From: Longivirga aurantiaca
GTDB lineage: Bacteria > Actinomycetota > Actinomycetes > S36-B12 > CAIYMF01
Length of the DNA stretch: 32,000 nt
Reading direction: 5' to 3'
NCBI RefSeq assembly: GCF_042660085.1
Contig: NZ_JBHSTI010000001.1
Coordinates: 2,591 to 34,590, forward strand
The stretch's first letter is position 1. Each line of letters opens with the position of its first letter. The notes beneath the pieces were generated by a model. It was given only the letters and a program-made list of their open reading frames with translations. It was not told the DNA's origin and searched no databases. Positions 26,361 through 32,000 of this stretch are shown here, in pieces. The position numbers and the translations under genes were made by a program.

Positions 26361-26914
26361 GGTGCCCCGGACGCCGTCAGCCGTACGTGGAAGACCTCGT
26401 GGTCGGTGCCGTCGGACGCGACGGCGTCGTGGGTGACCGCTGCGGGCGTGCCGTAGAGGTCGCCGAGCCCTTCGAGCAGGCCCACGACGAACGGCACGAG
26501 CCCGGCCCGCTCGGACCGGTAGTGGACGTCGAGGCCGTCCTCACCCGTCTCGACGACGTCGAACGACGGCGGTCGCAGCTCCGGGTAGAGCGACTGCAGC
26601 CGCGCGTGCATCTCGTCGAGGTTGCGCAGCACGGACGCCACGTCGGTGCCCGTCGCGCCCAGGATGTCGCCGTAGCTCTCGGGCCCGACGCGGGTGGACC
26701 AGTAGTGGCCGAACCCGCGCAGCAGGTCCTCGGCCGGTGCGTCGAGCACCTCGCTCGCGGCCCCGACGAGGGCGTAGGTCACCGAGTCGTCGTAGTAGTG
26801 CAGGGCGGCGAACGTCTGGCTGGTCTCGGCCCGGAGGGCGATGCTGCTCCAGGCGGCGGGGCCGGCGTTCTCCACGACGTGGCGGCGCATCGCCTCGTTG
26901 ATGAGCCCGTACAT
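26357..26914 (-). CDS. Standalone H-NOX haem (NO/O2) sensor protein
   Basis: MYGLINEAMRRHVVENAG...YYDDSVTYALVGAASEVL, LLRGFGHYWSTRVGPESYGDIL, NLDEMHARLQSLYPELRPPSF (candidate proximal His103), YRSER (YxSxR motif) followed by AGLVPFVVGLLEGLG. Confidence 0.93.
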   Translation of the reverse strand: MYGLINEAMRRHVVENAGPAAWSSIALRAETSQTFAALHYYDDSVTYALVGAASEVLDAPAEDLLRGFGHYWSTRVGPESYGDILGATGTDVASVLRNLDEMHARLQSLYPELRPPSFDVVETGEDGLDVHYRSERAGLVPFVVGLLEGLGDLYGTPAAVTHDAVASDGTDHEVFHVRLTASGAP

Positions 26915-26980
26915 CGACGGCACCCCTCTCCGACTCGACGGCGTGGCCGTGCGCCCGCGGCGGGCGGGCGGACGGTCGGA

Positions 26981-27667
26981 TCAGACCGGCTCGAACCGGT
27001 ACCCGACCCCACGCAGCGTACGGATGTGCCGCGGCGATGCGGCGGACTCGCCGAGCTTCTTGCGCAGCTTGCCGACGTGGACCTCGATGACGTGGTCGTC
27101 GCCGAACCACTCGCCCCAGATCTGCTCGAGCAGCTGCTCGCGGGTGAAGATGCGGCGCGGGTTGCCCGAGAGCAGGTCCAGGATGTCGAACTCGATCTTG
27201 GTGAGCTCGACCTCCTCGCCGTCGACCTTCACCTCGCGGGCCAGCGGATCGACGATCAGGTGGCCGAAGTCGCGGACCTCCTGCTGCGCGCGCTGACGGG
27301 GGCGGCGGCGCATCGCGCGGATGCGGGCGGCGAGCTCGCGCGGGGAGAAGGGCTTCGTGACGTAGTCGTCGGCGCCGACCGTGAGGCCCACGATCTTGTC
27401 GACCTCGTCGTCGCGCGAGGTGACCATCACGACGTACGCGTCGCTGAAGACGCGGAGCTGGCGGCACACCTCGACGCCGTCGCAGTCCGGGAGCGAGAGG
27501 TCGAGGATGACGAGCTCGGGCTTGCCGGCCCGGGCGAACTCCAGCCCCTTCTTCCCGAGCGGGGTCGCGACGACGTCGTACCCCTCCTTCTCGAGGAGAC
27601 CGCGAACGAGCAGGGTGATCTCTGGCGAGTCCTCGATGATGAGGGCTTGACCTCGCTGGGTGGCCAC
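26981..27667 (-). CDS. OmpR/PhoB-type winged-helix response regulator
   Basis: ALIIEDSPEITLLVRGLLEKEGYDVV...LVILDLSLPDCDG...VMVTSRD...YVTKPFSPRELAARIRA; effector LTKIEFDILDLLSGNPRRIFTREQLLEQIWG...VIEVHVGKLRKKLGE...IRTLRGVGYRF. Start could alternatively be 27718. Confidence 0.92.
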   Translation of the reverse strand: MATQRGQALIIEDSPEITLLVRGLLEKEGYDVVATPLGKKGLEFARAGKPELVILDLSLPDCDGVEVCRQLRVFSDAYVVMVTSRDDEVDKIVGLTVGADDYVTKPFSPRELAARIRAMRRRPRQRAQQEVRDFGHLIVDPLAREVKVDGEEVELTKIEFDILDLLSGNPRRIFTREQLLEQIWGEWFGDDHVIEVHVGKLRKKLGESAASPRHIRTLRGVGYRFEPV

Positions 27668-27890
27668 GATGCCTGTCCTTTCGCCTTGTCCGGTGACGGG
27701 GCGGACTGACTGAGACATCGGCGCGGATTGCGCGCGTCCTGAGTTACTCCGTCCGTGTTCCACCGGAAGTACCTCTCCGGTCAACTCCGTCGCTCACTTC
27801 ATCACATCCGCCTCTCGGGATGCTCAACGAGCGATCAGCGGACGAGAGCGATCGGAGAGGAACCGGTGACCGCGGCGTACGCCGACCCGG

Positions 27891-29072
27891 TCACCCCGAG
27901 GACGCGGGGTCCTCGACGACGTCGTACGTCGGCGCGTAGGTCTCGAGGAACGACATCACGATCGCGGCGACGGGAACGGCGAGGAGGGCACCCGCAGCGC
28001 CGAACAGCGAGGCACCGAACATGACCGCCCCGAACGACACCGCTGGATGCAGGTCGACCGCCTTGGCGCTGATCCTGGGCTCGATGGTGAGGTTCTCGAC
28101 CTGCTGGTAGAGCAGCGCCCACACCAGTGCGATGAGGCCGTCCTTCGGGTCGTCGGACAGCACGCCGATGAGCACCGGCAGCGCGATCGCGATGTAGGTA
28201 CCGATGGTGGGCACGAACTGCGCCACGATGCCGGTCCAGATGCCGAGCGGCAGCCAGTAGGGCATCCCGATGAGGTACAGCACCAGGGCCGTCGTGCTGC
28301 CGTTGATGAAGGCGAGCACGAGGCGCGCCGCGACGTAGCCGCCGGCCTTCTGGATCGCGGTGTCCCAGAGCTCGCTGTTGACCTTCTGCGCGCTGCGCGG
28401 CAGGAACTTCGCGATCCACCGGCGCAGGCGTGGGGCGTCGGCCGACAGGTAGAACGTGAACAGCAGCAGCGTGAACACGTTGAAGACCGAGCCGAGGAAC
28501 GTGAAGATCGCCCCGAAGATGCCGCCTGCCGCCCCGGCCGCCCACGACGCGATGGCGCCCGGGGTCAGCCCGATGCTGTCGAGGATCTTCTCCACGCTGA
28601 GGTCCGTCGAGAACTGCCTGTTGATCCAGTCGATGACGTTCGTGACGACGTCCGGCAGCGAGGTGATGAGCTGCAGCAGCTGCTCGACCAGCAGGTTCCC
28701 GAAGATCAGGAAGAAGACCACGGTGCCCAGGAGCGCGAGGATCATGATCAGGCCGGTCGCGAGGCCGCGCCTCATGCCCCGGCGCGCGAAGAAGCCGACC
28801 GCCGGCTCCATGGCCACCGACAGGGCGAACGCCATGATGATCGTGAAGAGCACGCCGCCGGCATCCTCGAGCACGAACATGAAGAACCAGACCACGGCTG
28901 CGATGACGAGCACCATCGCCGCCACGCGACGCAGGTTGCCCAGGTCGAAGACGACCGTGGCCTCGCGCTCGGGCGCCTTCACGCGGTCGGCAGCGCGCAC
29001 CCCGGGCGCCGTGCCGGGCGTGGTCTCCGCAGCAGCGATCTGATCGCCTGCAGTCTCGTCGTCGTTCGCCAT
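27891..29072 (-). CDS. AI-2E transporter family (PerM/UPF0118) membrane protein
   Basis: MVLVIAAVVWFFMFVLEDAGGVLFTIIMAFALSVAMEPAVGFFARRGMRRGLAT..., LPYWLPLGIWTGIVAQFVPTIGTYIAIALPVLIG, ALLYQQVENLTIEPRISAKAVDLHPAVSFGAVMFGASLFG. Confidence 0.9.
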   Translation of the reverse strand: MANDDETAGDQIAAAETTPGTAPGVRAADRVKAPEREATVVFDLGNLRRVAAMVLVIAAVVWFFMFVLEDAGGVLFTIIMAFALSVAMEPAVGFFARRGMRRGLATGLIMILALLGTVVFFLIFGNLLVEQLLQLITSLPDVVTNVIDWINRQFSTDLSVEKILDSIGLTPGAIASWAAGAAGGIFGAIFTFLGSVFNVFTLLLFTFYLSADAPRLRRWIAKFLPRSAQKVNSELWDTAIQKAGGYVAARLVLAFINGSTTALVLYLIGMPYWLPLGIWTGIVAQFVPTIGTYIAIALPVLIGVLSDDPKDGLIALVWALLYQQVENLTIEPRISAKAVDLHPAVSFGAVMFGASLFGAAGALLAVPVAAIVMSFLETYAPTYDVVEDPASSG

Positions 29073-29267
29073 GTGCGTCCCCTCCCGGCGCTGGTCCCCC
29101 GGGCGATCGTAGAGGTGGGGCCGGGGGCAGGCGGGTGGTCGTGGCGCTACGGCTGGTTACGCGGGCGAGCGATCTCACAGCGGAGATCTCCCGACGGCCC
29201 GGCGACGGCGCCCGCGGGTCGCTAGCGTCGAACCCGTCAGCACGTCACGCCGCAGGACGGGAAGACC

Positions 29268-30494
29268 ATGCGCACGATCGCCCTCGAGGAGCTCGCCGGC
29301 ATCCTCGCCCCCCTCCCGACCCACCCCCGCGTCGTCGTGTCGGGCAACTTCGCCACGCCGCACGTGGTGCTCGCAGCCGTCGACGCCGCGCTGCCGACGT
29401 ACCGCCTGCACGCGCTGAACGCCCAGCCGGGGCTCCCCGACCGCGAGGGCGTGGAGATGGAGACGGCGTTCGTCGGGCCGGGCATGCGCAAGAGCCCCAG
29501 CCTGCGCTACATCCCGTCACGCCTCTCGCTGGTGCCACGGCTGTTCTCCACGACGTGCCCGCCCGACCTCGTCGTGCTGCACACCTCGGTGCCCGTCGAC
29601 GGCAAGGTGTCGCTCGGCATCGAGGTCAACATCCTCCCGGCCGCGATCGAGGCGGCCCGGGCACGCAACGCCCTCGTGGTCGCGCAGGTCAACCCGCAGA
29701 TGCCGTACACGTTCGGCGACGCCGAGATCCCTGTGGACCTCATCGACTACGCCGTCGAGGTGGACGCCGTGCTCACCTCCCCCGGCCTGATGGAGATCGA
29801 CGACGTGTCGGCCGCCATCGGAGAGCGGGTGGCCGCGCGCGTCCACGACGGCTCGACGATGCAGCTCGGAATCGGCGCCGTGCCCGACGCCGTGCTGTCG
29901 GGCCTCACCGGCCGACGCGGCCTGCGGGTGTGGTCGGAGATGTTCAGCGACGGCGTGCTCGAGCTCGACCGTGCCGGAGCACTCGACGCCGACGCGAAGC
30001 TGGTGTCGTCGTTCCTCTTCGGCTCCCCCGAGCTCTACCGCTGGGTCGACCGCAACCCCCGGGTCTCGATGCTGCGCACCGAGACCACGAACGAGCCGTC
30101 GCTCATCGCCCAGCGCCCCCTCATGACGTCGGTGAACACCGCGCTGCAGGTCGACCTCTACGCCCAGGCGAACGCGTCGCGCGTGAAGGGGAAGATCTAC
30201 TCCGGCTTCGGCGGCCAGACCGACTTCATCGTCGGTGCCCTGCACTCGCACGGCGGCCAGGCGATCCTCGCGCTGCGCTCGTGGCACCCGCGGGCCAACG
30301 TGTCGACGATCGTTCCCATGATCGAGGAGCCGGTGACCTCGTTCCAGGCCTCGGCCATCGTCACCGAGAACGGTGCCGCGTGGATCTGGGGCTACGACCA
30401 GAAGTCGCAGGCACGCCACCTCATCCGCGACGCCGCGCACCCAAACGTCCGCGACGAGCTCTGGGAGGAGGCCGCGGCCCTCGGCCTCGCCTGA
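29268..30494 (+). CDS. Acetyl-CoA hydrolase/transferase family protein
   Basis: VPVDGKVSLGIEVNILPAAIEAARARNALVVAQVNPQMPYTFGDAEIPV, LQLGIGAVPDAVLSGL (as MQLGIGAVPDAV), VKGKIYSGFGGQTDFIVGALHSHGGQAILAL. Confidence 0.87.
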   Translation: MRTIALEELAGILAPLPTHPRVVVSGNFATPHVVLAAVDAALPTYRLHALNAQPGLPDREGVEMETAFVGPGMRKSPSLRYIPSRLSLVPRLFSTTCPPDLVVLHTSVPVDGKVSLGIEVNILPAAIEAARARNALVVAQVNPQMPYTFGDAEIPVDLIDYAVEVDAVLTSPGLMEIDDVSAAIGERVAARVHDGSTMQLGIGAVPDAVLSGLTGRRGLRVWSEMFSDGVLELDRAGALDADAKLVSSFLFGSPELYRWVDRNPRVSMLRTETTNEPSLIAQRPLMTSVNTALQVDLYAQANASRVKGKIYSGFGGQTDFIVGALHSHGGQAILALRSWHPRANVSTIVPMIEEPVTSFQASAIVTENGAAWIWGYDQKSQARHLIRDAAHPNVRDELWEEAAALGLA

Positions 30495-30612
30495 CCCGAT
30501 GTGGTCGACGCCGGTGGACGTCGTCCCCGGCTCCCCCTGCGCGTTCGTTCGTCCGCCTCGATGCGGTGCCTCGTGATGGATCGCGCTCTCTACGACGCGT
30601 TCCGTCCTTAGG

Positions 30613-30691
30613 GTCGGTGGTCGGCCGCAATCGGTTGTGGTTGCTGTGGATATCGCCTGTCGGTGGTCGGTGCATTGTCGGAGGTGGTCGG
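30613..30691 (+). repeat. Short direct repeats of GTCGGTGGTCGG upstream of the HNH gene
   Basis: Identical 12-mers at 30613-30624 and 30659-30670, plus the related GTCGGAGGTGGTCGG at about 30677-30691. Confidence 0.6.
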
Positions 30692-30703
30692 CATGATGGG
30701 GTC

Positions 30704-32000
30704 ATGTCGCAGGCCACCTTCGTCGATCCGGCGGTGGAGTTCGCGCGCCTGGTCGCAGGTGCTCGGGGCCTCCTTGCGGAGGCGTCGGTGCTGGCCGGTT
30801 CGGGTGCGGTTGCGGGTGTCGGTCTGGCTGGTTTGCCGGAGCTGACGGCGGAGCTGTTCGCGGCCCGGGACGCCGCCCACGCCCTGGGCGTGGTTGCGGT
30901 CGATCGCCTGGACGCGTCGGGGGTGCTGGCGTCGGCGGGGTTCGGGTCGACGACGGCGTTCCTGACCCAGCGCACCGGCATGGCCCCCGGCAGGGCCAGC
31001 AGCGTCGTCTCCGGCGCCCGCACGCTGCGGTCCTATGCCGCGACCCGGGTCGCGCTGGTCGCCGGCCGGGTCACCCCCGACCTGGCCGCTGCCCTGGTGC
31101 GCGGGTCGGAGGCTGCGATCGCGGACAGGACCGCCGACGACCGGGTGCAGTGGCGGGCGTTCTGCGAGGACTACCTCCTCCCCATCGCCGAGCAGGGCTC
31201 GGTCGAGGAGGTCGTCGGCGCTGCCGCCGTGCTCAAGGAGATCCTCGATCCCGAGGCCGCCGCCCGCCGCAAGGAAGAAGCCATGGCCGGCCAGTTCCTG
31301 ACCGTGACCCAGGTGGGGGACCAGTTCGTGATCAAGGGTGCGTTGACCCTGGAGGACGGCGCGGCGCTCAAGGTGCTGCTGGACCGGATGCGCGACGCGA
31401 AGTTCCGGTCGGGATCCCTGACCCCGGACGAGCAGCCCACCGGCGATGCCGCGGTCGACGAGCGCCGGCGCCGGATCGCGGCCGCGCACCAGGACGCCCT
31501 GTCGTTGAACCACCTCGTGCAGCTGTGGCTGACCAACGGCATGGTCGGCCGCGCCCACGGGGTCCGACCGCACGTCACCATCACCACGTCGGTCGACGAC
31601 CTCGACGCCGGGTTCCCGGGCGAGATGACCGTCCCCGGGATGTCGTCCCCGGTGCTGGTCAACGCCCACACCGTGGAGCGGATGCTCTGCGACGCCTCAG
31701 TCACCGAGATCTCAACAGCCGGATCCGTCGCCGATCGGCACGCGCACCACCACGACGGCGTCCCCTGCCACGGCGCTGCCCACCGGGGGCGACACGGGCA
31801 CGTCCACGGCGTCGCCGGCTGCGAGCTGCACCCCGGCTCGGCGCGGTTGCTGCGCCGTCGCCACCACGTCTGGGACGAGGGACGCCGCTACCGCACCGTC
31901 CCACCCCGCCTGCGCCGGGCGCTGGACCTCCGCGACCGGCACTGCGCCTTCCCCGGCTGCCGGATCGCGGTCGGGTGGTGCGAGGCCCACCACATCACCG
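30704..32000 (+). CDS. DUF222 / HNH endonuclease (13E12-like family), 3'-truncated by window end
   Basis: ATG at 30704, open to the window end (MSQATFVDPAVEFARLVAGARGLLAEASVLAG...GVVAVDRLDASGVLASAGFGSTTAFLTQRTG...). C-terminal HNH-type CAFPGCRIAVGWCEAHHIT. Absent from the supplied track because it has no stop within the window. Confidence 0.88.
   Translation, partial: MSQATFVDPAVEFARLVAGARGLLAEASVLAGSGAVAGVGLAGLPELTAELFAARDAAHALGVVAVDRLDASGVLASAGFGSTTAFLTQRTGMAPGRASSVVSGARTLRSYAATRVALVAGRVTPDLAAALVRGSEAAIADRTADDRVQWRAFCEDYLLPIAEQGSVEEVVGAAAVLKEILDPEAAARRKEEAMAGQFLTVTQVGDQFVIKGALTLEDGAALKVLLDRMRDAKFRSGSLTPDEQPTGDAAVDERRRRIAAAHQDALSLNHLVQLWLTNGMVGRAHGVRPHVTITTSVDDLDAGFPGEMTVPGMSSPVLVNAHTVERMLCDASVTEISTAGSVADRHAHHHDGVPCHGAAHRGRHGHVHGVAGCELHPGSARLLRRRHHVWDEGRRYRTVPPRLRRALDLRDRHCAFPGCRIAVGWCEAHHIT

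Noticed and set aside
22348-26456. Long + strand ORFs (22348..25110 and 23901..26456)
   Set aside because: Antisense to the kinase genes, compositionally biased and with no recognisable domains, whereas the minus-strand frames contain clear kinase motifs.
27891-29072. Quorum-sensing role for the AI-2E transporter-family gene next to the H-NOX operon
   Set aside because: The family name does not establish AI-2 transport, the gene is separated by a gap of over 170 bp, and no luxS or receptor gene is visible; treated as a neighbour only.
1-32000. CRISPR arrays, tRNA/rRNA genes, prophage or transposase genes
   Set aside because: No regularly spaced repeat array, tRNA cloverleaf or integrase/transposase protein was recognised by eye. 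A tRNAscan, Infernal or minced run would be needed for a firm negative.

Overview
High-GC actinobacterial chromosomal window with normal coding density. I found no tRNA, rRNA, CRISPR array, prophage or transposase. In order it encodes: a DUF2804 protein; a YjjI-like glycyl-radical enzyme with a YjjW-like radical-SAM activase; a DUF5718-like protein; an actinobacterial Sdh1-type succinate dehydrogenase (C-A-B, minus strand); an M20 peptidase; DUF1015; a YhhN-like membrane protein; DUF1801; DUF2252; a ROK/polyphosphate-glucokinase-like kinase; an AlkB-like dioxygenase; a DHA2-type MFS transporter; a short HipA-like kinase overlapping a DUF3037 gene; a CopD-CtaG fusion and CopC; an Hpt-domain protein; a compact minus-strand signalling operon; an AI-2E/PerM-family membrane protein; an acetyl-CoA hydrolase/transferase; and the 5' part of a DUF222/HNH endonuclease. 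The most interesting locus is about 21.8-27.7 kb. It looks like a self-contained gas/NO-sensing phosphorelay: a winged-helix response regulator, a standalone H-NOX haem sensor, an HNOBA-PAS-histidine kinase with a degenerate receiver, and a GAF-kinase-receiver protein, with a small Hpt protein convergent to them. Two of the junctions are 4-bp GTGA overlaps. Secondary observations are a DtxR/IdeR-like palindrome upstream of the glycyl-radical pair, a compact YjjW lacking an obvious ferredoxin insert, the HipA-like/DUF3037 pair, and several strong inverted repeats. All family calls come from reading motifs and remembered family features; no database search was run.
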